Below, piece by piece: positions 51,287 to 61,230 of a DNA stretch of 64,000 bases (within the stretch, counting starts at the first letter, position 1; each line of letters begins with the position of its first letter). A program made the position numbers and the translations under genes. The notes below the pieces were generated by a model. That model had not been told where the DNA came from and made no database searches. It saw only the letters and a list, made by a program, of their open reading frames with translations. The stretch is from Bacilli bacterium. Lineage in GTDB: Bacteria; Bacillota_I; Bacilli_A; RF39; UBA660. The stretch lies in contig JAFRCD010000005.1 of assembly GCA_017404555.1 (NCBI GenBank), positions 54,488 through 118,487 of the forward strand, given 5' to 3'.

Positions 51287-52359
51287 ACATCCTCCTTAAG
51301 TATTTTAACAATAATTTCATTACTTAAATACATTTTATTCTCTGGGATAAATATTCTATTACTATCTTCTTTTAAAAAACCATTTTCTAGAAGCTCTTTA
51401 ATACTTCCATACTTTTTAATAAAATACTCTTTACTAATACCTGTTTTTTTTCTTAATCCTAAAATCAATTCATATTCCTTAATTTCTTCTTTAGTTAGCT
51501 CTTCTTTTTCAACTAAATAATCCCCTTTTAAATATTTATTAATACTTCTTGTATTTAACATCCTAGTATTATCAATATAACTAGCACTAGAAAGACCAAA
51601 TCCATAATAGTGTTCATTATTCCAGTAACAAAGATTATGTCTACTCTCTTTACCATTTTTTGCGAAATTACTTATTTCATAATGAATATACCCCTCTTTT
51701 GCTAATCTATTATAGATATATTCATACATCTCTGCATCAAGATCTTCAGAAATATTTTCCACCCCATCAATATAAAGAATAGTGTGTTCTTCTATTATTA
51801 GAGAGTAAGTAGAAATATGTTCAATATCTAAAGATATGATAAAATCTAAGTCCTTTTTTAAATCTTCTTTAGTTTCTCCAGGAAAAGCATAAATCAAATC
51901 GATATTGATATTATTAAAACCTAATTCTTTAGCTTTACTAATTATCTTCTTAATTCTTTCTTTTTTATTAACTCTATTTAATAATCTTTGCCCTTTTGGA
52001 CTTAATGTTTCTAAACCAAAACTTAATCTATTAACACCATTTTCCTTTAATAAGACTAATTTTTCTTCATCAATACTATCAAAGTTTATTTCAAAACTAA
52101 ATTCAATATTTTTACTCTTCTTTATTTTTTTTATTATCCGAAAAAGTTCTCTTAATTGAAGGACAGATAAAACACTTGGAGTTCCACCACCAATATAAAT
52201 AGTATCAACAATTTCTCCTTGATATCTTTTATCTATTTCCGTTTCTAAAGCTTTTAAATAGTTAGAGACATATTCCTGATGATAGTACATCTTACAAAAA
52301 TCACAATAACTACAGATCTTTTTACAAAAAGGAATGTGAATATATACTGCTTTTGTCAT
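51283..52359 (-). CDS. hemW: Radical SAM heme chaperone HemW (HemN-like)
   Basis: YIHIPFCKKICSYCDF, GGGTPS, YEISNFA, HNLCYW; follows lepA. Confidence 0.9.
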   Translation of the reverse strand: MTKAVYIHIPFCKKICSYCDFCKMYYHQEYVSNYLKALETEIDKRYQGEIVDTIYIGGGTPSVLSVLQLRELFRIIKKIKKSKNIEFSFEINFDSIDEEKLVLLKENGVNRLSFGLETLSPKGQRLLNRVNKKERIKKIISKAKELGFNNINIDLIYAFPGETKEDLKKDLDFIISLDIEHISTYSLIIEEHTILYIDGVENISEDLDAEMYEYIYNRLAKEGYIHYEISNFAKNGKESRHNLCYWNNEHYYGFGLSSASYIDNTRMLNTRSINKYLKGDYLVEKEELTKEEIKEYELILGLRKKTGISKEYFIKKYGSIKELLENGFLKEDSNRIFIPENKMYLSNEIIVKILKEDV

Positions 52360-52361
52360 AA

Positions 52362-54149
52362 TTAATCCTCAGTAGAAAGAATCTTAATAAAAGTATCACT
52401 AGGTACTTCAATACTACCAATTTGTTTCATTTTCTTTTTACCAGCTTTTTGTTTCTCTAATAATTTCTTCTTTCTAGTTATATCGCCACCATAACACTTC
52501 GCTAAAACATTTTTCCGTAAGGCCTTAATATTTTCTCTGGCAATTACTTTAGAACCAATACTAGCTTGAATAGGTACTTCAAATAATTGCCGAGGAATAA
52601 TAGTTCTAAGCTTTTCCACTATACTTCTACCCCTATTATAAGCAAAATCTTTATGAACTATTGTTGATAAAGCATCTACTACTTCACCATTTAATAAGAT
52701 ATCAAGTTTAACTAAATTACTTTCCTGATTGCCAATTAATTCATAATCAAACGAAGCATAACCCTTAGTATAAGATTTTAAACGATCAAAAAAGTCATAT
52801 AATATTTCTGCCATTGGCATCTCATAAACAATACATACTCTTTTTTCATCTAAGTAATCCATATTTTTGAAAATACCACGCTTTTCCTGACAAAGTTCCA
52901 TAATAGGTCCTATATATTCACTAGGTGTATATACACTACATTTAACATATGGTTCTTTTATTTTAGCGATCTTACTCTTATCAGGCATCTTATATGGAGA
53001 ATCAATCATCATTGTTTTCTTGGAAGTTAATTCTATTTCATAATTAACTGATGGTGAAGTCGCTATTAAGTCGATGCCAAATTCCCTTTCAATACGCTCA
53101 ATCACAATTTCCATATGTAAAAGTCCTAAAAAACCGCACCTAAAACCAAATCCCAATGCTTTAGAAGTTTCTGGCTCATAGCGTAAAGCAGCATCATTTA
53201 GTTTTAGTTTTCCTAAAGCTTCTCTTAAGTCCTCAAACTTAGAACTAATAGTTGGATAAATACCAGAATATACCATTGGTTTCATCTCTTTATAACCCGC
53301 TAAAGGTTCGGGTGCTTTATTATTTAAAAGAGTTATTGTATCACCCACTGATACATCTTCTATACTTTTAATTGAAGCATAAACATATCCAACTTCACCA
53401 GCTAAAAGTTCAGCTCTTTTCTCTTCTTTAGGTGTATTAACTGTAATATCTAGAACTTCATAACTAGCCTTAGAATTCATCATATATATTTGATCATGAA
53501 CTTTTAATATACCATTTTTTATTCTTACACTAGTAATAACTCCCTTATAAGGATCAAAAACACTATCAAAGATTAAAGCCTGTAGTGGTTTAGAAATATC
53601 AGTATTAGGTTCTTTAACTCTTAAAATAATTGCTTCTAATAATTCTTTAATGCCAGTATGTTTTTTAGCACTAGTTAGAATTATTTCTTCTTTCTTAAAA
53701 CCGATGTTTTCTAACTCCTTAGTAACTTTTTCAACATCAGCATTGGGTAAATCTATTTTATTAATAACCGGAATAATATCTAATCCGTTATCTAAAGCTA
53801 AATATAAATTAGCTAAAGTCTGAGCTTCTACTCCTTGAGCAGCATCCACAACTAAAACAGCACCTTCACAAGCCGCCAAAGAGCGTGATACTTCATAAGA
53901 AAAATCAACATGTCCTGGAGTATCAATTAGATTTAAAATATAGTCTTGGTCATTATATTTATAATTTAATGTAACCGCATTCAACTTAATTGTAATGCCC
54001 CGTTCTCTTTCAATATCCATATCATCTAAGATTTGATTCTTCATTTCTCGTTTAGATAAAGCCCCTGTTTCTTCCAATATACAATCAGCAAGAGTGCTTT
54101 TACCATGATCGATATGAGCAATGATACAAAAGTTCCTAATTTTCTTCAT
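52362..54149 (-). CDS. lepA: Elongation factor 4 LepA
   Basis: [48 protein letters not shown]. Confidence 0.98.
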   Translation of the reverse strand: MKKIRNFCIIAHIDHGKSTLADCILEETGALSKREMKNQILDDMDIERERGITIKLNAVTLNYKYNDQDYILNLIDTPGHVDFSYEVSRSLAACEGAVLVVDAAQGVEAQTLANLYLALDNGLDIIPVINKIDLPNADVEKVTKELENIGFKKEEIILTSAKKHTGIKELLEAIILRVKEPNTDISKPLQALIFDSVFDPYKGVITSVRIKNGILKVHDQIYMMNSKASYEVLDITVNTPKEEKRAELLAGEVGYVYASIKSIEDVSVGDTITLLNNKAPEPLAGYKEMKPMVYSGIYPTISSKFEDLREALGKLKLNDAALRYEPETSKALGFGFRCGFLGLLHMEIVIERIEREFGIDLIATSPSVNYEIELTSKKTMMIDSPYKMPDKSKIAKIKEPYVKCSVYTPSEYIGPIMELCQEKRGIFKNMDYLDEKRVCIVYEMPMAEILYDFFDRLKSYTKGYASFDYELIGNQESNLVKLDILLNGEVVDALSTIVHKDFAYNRGRSIVEKLRTIIPRQLFEVPIQASIGSKVIARENIKALRKNVLAKCYGGDITRKKKLLEKQKAGKKKMKQIGSIEVPSDTFIKILSTED

Positions 54150-54206
54150 AGCACCCTTCCTTTCGCCTTTAATTATAACAAAAAATTTGGATTTCTCCAA
54201 ATTTTA

Positions 54207-55046
54207 TTAAGCTGCTTTTACAGGCCCTGATTCCTCTACTTTTTCCTGAGGACCAGTTAAATTCATCCGTATTATTTCTAACGCTTTACTAGCTTGTTCT
54301 AAAGCTTTCTGACTATATACTTTAGATACTGCTCCTAGATAAGAACAACCTTCTCCTTTATTCATTGCTTCCAGGATAGCTGTTGCTCGCTCTTGCTTTT
54401 TAATATACCATTTATTCTGTACATCTAAAACCTTATCTAAAATATTATCAGCAATAGAATTCTCTGGATCTAATGTTTCTTTTACTTCATTATTAGTTTC
54501 AATCTTCTCGGCTATATCTTCAATCTTTTCTTCTTGCATTTCTTTTTCTACTTCTTTTCTAGCCTCATATTTAGTACTCATATCTTTAAAGAATGATTTC
54601 TTTTGAGCTTTATTGATTAAGATAGCTTGTTGTCTATCATTAACTTTTATTTCTGTTCGTACATTAGCTTCTAATTTATTGGTTTCTTTTTGAATTAACA
54701 TATCAATAAACTTTTCCCTTGTTCGTTTAGTAGTATTTTCTTTTAATTTTTGTAATTTTTCTATTTTTTCAGTATTAGCGACTTCTTTATCAACAATGGT
54801 ATCAATTTTATCACTTAAATCATCTAAAACCTGGTCTTCTTCCATTCCCTTCATCTTAACTTCTTCTAAAGCTTGAACGGCTTCTTCTTTCTTCTTCTCC
54901 ATCATTTTTAAAGTAATACGTTCATCTTTAGCTAAGTTTTCTAATTGATCAACACTATTACGAATACTAGTAATTCTACCATCATAGAATTCAATATTCT
55001 TTTCTAAATACTCTAAATACTTTTTTTCAACCATATCATGCTGCAT
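54207..55046 (-). CDS. Hypothetical long coiled-coil protein
   Basis: E/K-rich heptad-like sequence ending GPVKAA; start ATG 55046 or 55034. Confidence 0.7.
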   Translation of the reverse strand: MQHDMVEKKYLEYLEKNIEFYDGRITSIRNSVDQLENLAKDERITLKMMEKKKEEAVQALEEVKMKGMEEDQVLDDLSDKIDTIVDKEVANTEKIEKLQKLKENTTKRTREKFIDMLIQKETNKLEANVRTEIKVNDRQQAILINKAQKKSFFKDMSTKYEARKEVEKEMQEEKIEDIAEKIETNNEVKETLDPENSIADNILDKVLDVQNKWYIKKQERATAILEAMNKGEGCSYLGAVSKVYSQKALEQASKALEIIRMNLTGPQEKVEESGPVKAA

Positions 55047-55326
55047 GGACAGCACCTTCCTCATTGGTTTTAGATAATGTTTCGTTAATAGCGTTTTGAA
55101 CGGCAGCCCACTCTTCTGGATCAGTTATTTCTTTAAAGTTAAAATTATTATCTTCCTCTTCTAATCTAGAAATATAAACTTTCTCTTGTTCATCATCCAT
55201 AACTTCCCCAAATGAATACATTATATAATCATTATCTTCGTATCCAGCCGCACCAAAAATATCGATAACATAAGCATCCATCTTTCCATTAGCGGTATTT
55301 ACTGATATCTTAAAACCATCGTTCAT
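55036..55326 (-). CDS. DUF1292 family acidic protein
   Basis: DYIMYS..EKVYISRL..FKEITDPEEWAAVQNAI pattern; own sigmaA-like promoter. Confidence 0.65.
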   Translation of the reverse strand: MNDGFKISVNTANGKMDAYVIDIFGAAGYEDNDYIMYSFGEVMDDEQEKVYISRLEEEDNNFNFKEITDPEEWAAVQNAINETLSKTNEEGAVHAA

Positions 55327-55450
55327 AAAATCATCTCCCTATTCTGTATTAATTATATCGTATAATAGCGATATAAGTCAACAAAATAAAGAAATTTTAA
55401 GCTTTAATATTTAAAGTACCTATGATATAATAGCATTGAATATTTCATAT

Positions 55451-55524
55451 GCCGATATAGTTTAGTGGTAGAACAGGTCCTTGGTAAGGATCAGAGGCAA
55501 GTTCAATTCTCGCTATCGGCACCA
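55451..55524 (+). tRNA. tRNA-Thr(GGT)
   Basis: Acceptor stem GCCGATA/TATCGGC-ACCA; anticodon arm GGTCC-TTGGTAA-GGATC; T-loop TTCAATT (one T-stem mismatch). Confidence 0.92.
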
Positions 55525-55532
55525 GAAAAAAG

Positions 55533-55557
55533 AAAAAGACTAGTAATAGTCTTTTTT
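55533..55557. terminator. Bidirectional terminator between convergent tRNAs
   Basis: AAAAAGACTA-GTAA-TAGTCTTTTT. Confidence 0.75.
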
Positions 55558-55563
55558 ATTATA

Positions 55564-55640
55564 TGGTGTTCGGTAAAGGATTTGAACCTTCAATCTTCAC
55601 CTCCGGAGGGTGACGCTTTATCCAATTAAGCTAACCGAAC
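55564..55640 (-). tRNA. tRNA-Arg(CCG)
   Basis: Minus strand GTTCGGT..ACCGAAC-ACCA; anticodon arm TCACC-CTCCGGA-GGTGA; GGTTCAAATCC. Confidence 0.93.
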
Positions 55641-55650
55641 AAGAGAAAAA

Positions 55651-56118
55651 TTACTTTTCACAAGTAATTCCATGTTCCTCTGTCCATTTAAGTAATTTAT
55701 CTAAGTATACCTTTTTACCAGTAAAGATATTATTATCTTTTCCTTCAATTTCTAAAATCTTATCAACATCAACCTTATCATAATCAATATTAATCCTTAC
55801 TATTACTTTATCCTTTTTAGTCTTAACTGTAAAATCATAATCATTAATATCTTGATATCTATTAGCTAAACTCTGATAAGCTGTACTATATTTTTTAATT
55901 AAATCTTTATCATCACTAGTAATAATATCTTCTGATTCAGTTCTCTTAACTAATTTCTTCTTGTAATAAATCTTATAAGTTCTCTTAACTTTAATGCTAT
56001 CAGCTGGTACTGAATCAATTTTACAATTAATTACTTTTAAATCCTTATCTTTCTTTTCACAGCCTACACTAAGAATTAAAATAAGCACCAAAATAATAGT
56101 AATACTAATCTTTTTCAT
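55651..56118 (-). CDS. Lipoprotein (YehR/DUF1307-like)
   Basis: Lipobox LSVG-C; C-terminal G.TCE. Confidence 0.65.
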   Translation of the reverse strand: MKKISITIILVLILILSVGCEKKDKDLKVINCKIDSVPADSIKVKRTYKIYYKKKLVKRTESEDIITSDDKDLIKKYSTAYQSLANRYQDINDYDFTVKTKKDKVIVRINIDYDKVDVDKILEIEGKDNNIFTGKKVYLDKLLKWTEEHGITCEK

Positions 56119-56178
56119 AATTTACCTTCTTCCTATATTATGATTATAGCACATTAAAAGGAAGAAAGCCATAAAGGT

Positions 56179-56871
56179 CTATTTCTTTCTCTTAACTTTA
56201 GGCTTTTGATTATATTCTCTACTATAAATAACTTTAGTAATGACTCCTATTCCTTGATCTAAGTTTTCTAACAATTCTTTCTTTAACTTATCTCTAGAAA
56301 TACCTTTTTTACTAGCCATTTCATCTAAATCATCTTGACTATATATGTAATAATCTGGTAATTCCCTAGATGTATTATACTTATCACAATATGATACTCC
56401 TTCTAAAACATCTCTAATACCATAGTAAAAACCAGCAAAAGTATTAACCATTACTTTTTCATATAATTCTTCATCAGTACTAATCCCTTTATCTCTCTTT
56501 TTTAAAATAGCAAAATTTGCTTCTATCGTCTCATCAATTTTCTTAGGAACATTATAATCAACAATATCTGTAACATGTTCATTATTAGCGACACTTAAAG
56601 TAAGAATTTCTCTCTTTTTAGAATCACCATTTTTATAATTACCATATTCAAAACAAACTGTCTTAAAGAAATTACAACAATTATCAATTCCTAGTGCTAA
56701 GACAGTACCTAAATCAAATCTTTCTCCTGAATATTGAAGATCTTTAATCTGACACAGTTTATCCATACTTTCAGCAATTTCATCATGCGGAATGTTTTCA
56801 GCTTCCACAAGATATACCTTTTCCATTTCTAGAGCCAATACTCTAGTTAAATATGATTGAATTTTTTTCAT
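56179..56871 (-). CDS. Hypothetical protein
   Basis: 230 aa ORF with TTGATT-N17-TATAAT promoter and basic C-terminal tail. Confidence 0.7.
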   Translation of the reverse strand: MKKIQSYLTRVLALEMEKVYLVEAENIPHDEIAESMDKLCQIKDLQYSGERFDLGTVLALGIDNCCNFFKTVCFEYGNYKNGDSKKREILTLSVANNEHVTDIVDYNVPKKIDETIEANFAILKKRDKGISTDEELYEKVMVNTFAGFYYGIRDVLEGVSYCDKYNTSRELPDYYIYSQDDLDEMASKKGISRDKLKKELLENLDQGIGVITKVIYSREYNQKPKVKRKK

Positions 56872-56933
56872 AATATCACTTCCTAGGACGTGTATTATAC
56901 CTCTTTATCTAGTATTAATCAATGCATTTTCCC

Positions 56934-57263
56934 CTATTTGACACTTTCATTGACAGTTTCATTAATCTCTTTAAAAATATAATTCATAACTCGATTGAAA
57001 CTCTTTTCAATTATATTAGAAGTTTTTAGTCCCAAACTAGAATAAATATTATTGTAGTTTTTTTCTTTTTCAATATAATTATCAAGATCTATTTCCTCGT
57101 TATTATCTAAATCGTTCTCAAATCTTTCAATGGCCTTATTAGTAAGAGTAGTTTTTCTGTATTCATCATATTTATAATACCCTGTAGCTTGTGATATATA
57201 AAGAGCAATAAAGAGAATAAATAAAACCAAGATAACAAATCTAATAATATTTTTACCCTTCAT
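56934..57263 (-). CDS. Small membrane protein in the yqxA position after spoIIP
   Basis: N-terminal TM; synteny gpr-spoIIP-yqxA-lepA. Confidence 0.6.
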   Translation of the reverse strand: MKGKNIIRFVILVLFILFIALYISQATGYYKYDEYRKTTLTNKAIERFENDLDNNEEIDLDNYIEKEKNYNNIYSSLGLKTSNIIEKSFNRVMNYIFKEINETVNESVK

Positions 57264-58143
57264 CTTTAACAACCTCCTCAAAGCATTTAATAAAAGCAAT
57301 TGTGGCATTCATGACCTCATCAATAGTATTTTCCTTACCACCAACTTCAATTAAGATAGTGTATTTATTATTGTCTTGATTATAAACTCCATTTACACCT
57401 ATTCCCTTCTTTTTATAAATACCCCTACTTAACCCTGGATAATACTTATTTATTTTCTCATTTATTTTATTAGTAAAAAGAAGATTATCTTCATAATGAG
57501 GATTTTCTAAACCAATAATAAATAATAGTTTCGCAAAAGCTTTATTATTAATAGTTACGGTTGTTTTATCATGTTTTACTGAATCACGATGGACATCAAC
57601 AAAGTATTTTAAAGAAGGATTCTTCTTTTTAGCTTCTTCAATCAATATTCGGCTAGCCTTATAACTACCAGCATAATTCCAATTATTTCTTTTTAGAATT
57701 TCATTAATACTATTTTCTTCAACTATTGTATAAATATTTTTGCTATTTAATACTTCTTCCATAATATAAGAAGGCATCATTACTGTTGGTTTAATACTAT
57801 ATTCATTAAATTGATTAGATAAATACTCTTCTTTTTGGTGAGTATTATAAATATAAACAAGGGGTTCTCTTATTTCTTTAGTTTTAACCTTCTTTTGAAC
57901 AAGTTTCTTTGGTTCAACTAAATTATCATAAGAACTATTAATTCTAACTAAAACATTAAAGGCTTTTTTCATATAATCATCTTTATCTTTAATATGAAAA
58001 CTGTCATAGAGAAATAGTTTTACTAGAGTTTTATCCTTAATTTCTATTTTTTTGTTTTCTAAATATTGAAACGATAAAAATACACTGTAGATAAAAATCA
58101 GTGCAAGAAAAGTAAATCTTAGTTTTCTTCTCCTTTTATGCAT
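57253..58143 (-). CDS. spoIIP: Stage II sporulation protein P (engulfment amidase/endopeptidase)
   Basis: VYIYNTHQKEEY, SYKASR, DVHRDS, NGVYNQD, LIEVGG. Confidence 0.92.
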   Translation of the reverse strand: MHKRRRKLRFTFLALIFIYSVFLSFQYLENKKIEIKDKTLVKLFLYDSFHIKDKDDYMKKAFNVLVRINSSYDNLVEPKKLVQKKVKTKEIREPLVYIYNTHQKEEYLSNQFNEYSIKPTVMMPSYIMEEVLNSKNIYTIVEENSINEILKRNNWNYAGSYKASRILIEEAKKKNPSLKYFVDVHRDSVKHDKTTVTINNKAFAKLLFIIGLENPHYEDNLLFTNKINEKINKYYPGLSRGIYKKKGIGVNGVYNQDNNKYTILIEVGGKENTIDEVMNATIAFIKCFEEVVKDEG

Positions 58144-58181
58144 ATTTCTACCTCAGAAAAAATATACATTAAAAGTTCTTC

Positions 58182-59021
58182 TTATTTTGTCGAATTATAA
58201 TTAGGATGCAAAACATGATTAAGAGAACTAGCTATTAAGGAACTCAACTTCTCTATTTTAAAATCAATATCTTTAGGAGTTACTATCATATTATAATCAA
58301 GAGGAATTATAGCCTCATTTATCTTCTCTTTACTTATTTTAATTCCTATGGATTTAATTACATCATCAACTATTGTAACTTCATCAACAACTGTGGGAAC
58401 CCCAATAACTATTACTGGTATTTTTAATCTTTCTTTAGTAATCTTTTCTCTTCTATTACCAATACCACTACCAGGAGTAATGCCAGTATTAGCTATTTGA
58501 ATAATTTTAGTTAAGTGTTTAATTTTAGAAGATGCCAAAGCATCAATAACTATTAAGAAGTCTGGTTTTATCTTTTTTACCAAACTGGTAATAGTATCAT
58601 TTGTCTCAATGCCAGTTACCCCTGTTACTCCTGGAATAAAGCAAGCAACACTGCGATATCCTTTTTCAACATCACCAAAAGTAAATAAGTGGCGAGTTAC
58701 TAAAACTTTCTCAATCGTTTTAGGTCCCAACGAATCAGGTGTAGAAAAGGAGTTGCCCAAACCAATTACTAGACAAGAATCTTCTTGTTTAATCTTTTCT
58801 TTTTCTAATAGTTTAGTAAGGGACAAAATCATCTGATCTAAAACCTTCTGATAATTATCTTTATCCGTAATATCATTAAAAGAAATAGTAACGAAAGATC
58901 TATTCCTTCCTTTTCTACTTTCAATAACTTTTACCTTCTTACTATCTAAATTAAAGCTAGGATCTTCTTCAATAACCATATCTGTTCGTATATTAAAGCC
59001 TTCTAAGTTTATAGTATGCAC
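58182..59021 (-). CDS. gpr: Spore germination protease GPR
   Basis: IRTD, GLGN..TPDSLGP, IDALAS, GSGIGN, IGVPTVVD, VTPKDID; GTG start; GGTAAATATA sigmaF-like -10. Confidence 0.93.
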   Translation of the reverse strand: MHTINLEGFNIRTDMVIEEDPSFNLDSKKVKVIESRKGRNRSFVTISFNDITDKDNYQKVLDQMILSLTKLLEKEKIKQEDSCLVIGLGNSFSTPDSLGPKTIEKVLVTRHLFTFGDVEKGYRSVACFIPGVTGVTGIETNDTITSLVKKIKPDFLIVIDALASSKIKHLTKIIQIANTGITPGSGIGNRREKITKERLKIPVIVIGVPTVVDEVTIVDDVIKSIGIKISKEKINEAIIPLDYNMIVTPKDIDFKIEKLSSLIASSLNHVLHPNYNSTK

Positions 59022-59126
59022 ATATATCACCATTATTATATTTACCAAAAAATCAATAAATTATTGCTTTTTTATTCCTTTTTTGATAAAATAACTTTGG
59101 TTTATTTGGAAAAGCGAGGTGAAAAT

Positions 59127-59387
59127 ATGCCAAATATTAAAAGCGCTAAAAAAAGAGTTAGAGGAAATGCTAAAAAAGCTGATGTTAATACTATTATTAA
59201 TTCTAGTATGAAAACAGCTATTAAGAAGTTTGAAAAGAGTTTAAAAGAGAATAAAAAAGAAGCAGCTAATTATCTAAATATTGCTTTACAAAGAATAGAT
59301 AAAGCTAAAGATGCTGGTCTTATTCATAAAAATAAAGCTGCCCGTAAGAAATCAAAACTACAAAAAATGATGAATGAAGCAAAGTAA
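59127..59387 (+). CDS. rpsT: 30S ribosomal protein S20
   Basis: MPNIKSAKKR..IHKNKAARKKSKL; divergent from gpr. Confidence 0.97.
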   Translation: MPNIKSAKKRVRGNAKKADVNTIINSSMKTAIKKFEKSLKENKKEAANYLNIALQRIDKAKDAGLIHKNKAARKKSKLQKMMNEAK

Positions 59388-59402
59388 ATCTTTGCTTTTT
59401 TT
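59377..59402 (+). terminator. Rho-independent terminator
   Basis: AAGCAAAG-TAAAT-CTTTGCTT plus T-tract. Confidence 0.7.
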
Positions 59403-59479
59403 GTGTAAACTTAACAAATTAGATGTAAAATATATAGTTAATTTACATATAATTTGGTAAAATATAGTTAGGTGAAAAT

Positions 59480-60403
59480 ATGAAAAAAGCGTTAGTAACT
59501 ACTGGGATTTTATTAATTATGCTAGGATTTGTTTTCTTATACAGAAAAGAGATTGCCTTTGCTTTTAATAAGTATTTCCTAAATAAAGTTATCAAAGTGA
59601 ACACCGTTGTTACTCTTGATAAGAAAAATTCATATTATCGAAATAAAAACTATAATTATGTTCAACAGACTACTTCATTTGTCCCTGAGAACAAACAAGA
59701 TTTATTGAACATCTATTATACTATTATTAATTCTGGGGAAAAAAGCTTTTCTTTCTATTGTCCTAAGGACTATGAAAACTGCCTAAATGATGTAAAAGCT
59801 ATTGCGAATAATCAAACTACTCTATCTGATATTAATAATTTTGTTCATCCTTTTAATGGTTTCACCCATATATCAACTGAATATGATCCTTTTGGTAAAG
59901 TAAAATTACATGTTCATAAAACTTATACGAATGATGAAATAAAGAAAATAGAAGAAAAGATTGATGAAATTACTAAAGAAGTGATTAAAGATAATATGTC
60001 AACTAGAGATAAAATTAAAGCTTTCCATGATTATGTTATCAATCATAGTAAATATGATTCTCTAAAAAGTGATCAAGGTATTGATAAGTATCATTCTGAT
60101 ACCGCTATTGGCACTCTTTTTGAAGGATATTCTCTATGTGGTGGTTATACCGATACAATGGCTATTTTCTTAAATAAGATTGGTGTTAATAATTACAAAG
60201 TATCCAGTGAAAATCATATTTGGAATGCTGTAGAATTAGATGGTTCTTGGTATCACTTAGACCTTACTTGGGATGATCCTGTTGCTACTGATGGTAGTGA
60301 TATCTTAGATCATAGTTTCTTCTTAATAAATACTACTGAATTAGAAAAAAAAGAAGTCACTCAACATGACTTCAATAGTAACGTCTTTAGTGAAGTATAC
60401 TAA
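59480..60403 (+). CDS. Membrane-anchored transglutaminase-like (Cys-His-Asp) protein
   Basis: N-terminal TM; LCGGY, HIWNAV, WYHLDLTWDDP. Confidence 0.85.
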   Translation: MKKALVTTGILLIMLGFVFLYRKEIAFAFNKYFLNKVIKVNTVVTLDKKNSYYRNKNYNYVQQTTSFVPENKQDLLNIYYTIINSGEKSFSFYCPKDYENCLNDVKAIANNQTTLSDINNFVHPFNGFTHISTEYDPFGKVKLHVHKTYTNDEIKKIEEKIDEITKEVIKDNMSTRDKIKAFHDYVINHSKYDSLKSDQGIDKYHSDTAIGTLFEGYSLCGGYTDTMAIFLNKIGVNNYKVSSENHIWNAVELDGSWYHLDLTWDDPVATDGSDILDHSFFLINTTELEKKEVTQHDFNSNVFSEVY

Positions 60404-61222
60404 TTACTTTTGACATTTTGGACAATAATAGGTGCCTCGACCACCTATTTTTTCTTTGACAATAATACTACCACAATTAGGACATGGTTCATCCTTTTTA
60501 CCATGTACTAATAATTTATTCTGAAAAAAGCCGTGAACACCTTCATCTGAAGTAAAGCTCTTAATAGTTGTACCTCCTAATTTAACCGCATCATCAAGAG
60601 TTTCTTTCGTATATTTAACTATTTTATCTGCTTCTCTACTATTTATCTTATTAGTATTCCTATATGGAGAAATATGCGCCTTAAATAATATCTCGTTAGC
60701 ATATATATTACCAATACCTGTAATAATACTTTGATCAAGTAATGTTTCTTTAATTGGCTTTTTAATGCCCTTGAACTTATCTAAGAGATAATTCTTATTT
60801 AATTTATTATCATAATATTCATACCCTAATTTATTTAAAGGAGCAACTTTATAAACATCAGATTTGGGTAGCAAATACATCTTACCAAACTTACGGACAT
60901 CGTGATAACGCATCTCTACTCCATCAGTAAATCTAATTATGACATGTTCATGTTTAAGAAGTTCTTCTCCCTTCTTATGAAAGAAAAACTTACCTTCCAT
61001 TCTAAGATGTATTAATAGTGCATAATCAGTTAAAAATAAAACAATGAATTTACCCCTAGTAGTAATTTTTTCGATTCTTTGACCAATAATATTCTTCTTA
61101 AATTCATCTATATCAGTAGCAATTATCTTATTCCATAAGATATCAACACTAGCTATTTCTTTTTTAAGAATCTTTTTTTCTAGAGTCTTTGCTACTGTCA
61201 TAACTTCTGGTTTTTCTGGCAT
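60404..61222 (-). CDS. mutM: Formamidopyrimidine-DNA glycosylase
   Basis: MPEKPEV, HLRMEG, GIGNIYANE, C-terminal zinc finger. Confidence 0.97.
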   Translation of the reverse strand: MPEKPEVMTVAKTLEKKILKKEIASVDILWNKIIATDIDEFKKNIIGQRIEKITTRGKFIVLFLTDYALLIHLRMEGKFFFHKKGEELLKHEHVIIRFTDGVEMRYHDVRKFGKMYLLPKSDVYKVAPLNKLGYEYYDNKLNKNYLLDKFKGIKKPIKETLLDQSIITGIGNIYANEILFKAHISPYRNTNKINSREADKIVKYTKETLDDAVKLGGTTIKSFTSDEGVHGFFQNKLLVHGKKDEPCPNCGSIIVKEKIGGRGTYYCPKCQK

Positions 61223-61230
61223 AACATCAC

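Noticed and set aside
58188-58194. Perfect Spo0A box TGTCGAA upstream of spoIIP
   Set aside because: A single 7-mer inside gpr coding sequence; it cannot be distinguished from chance.
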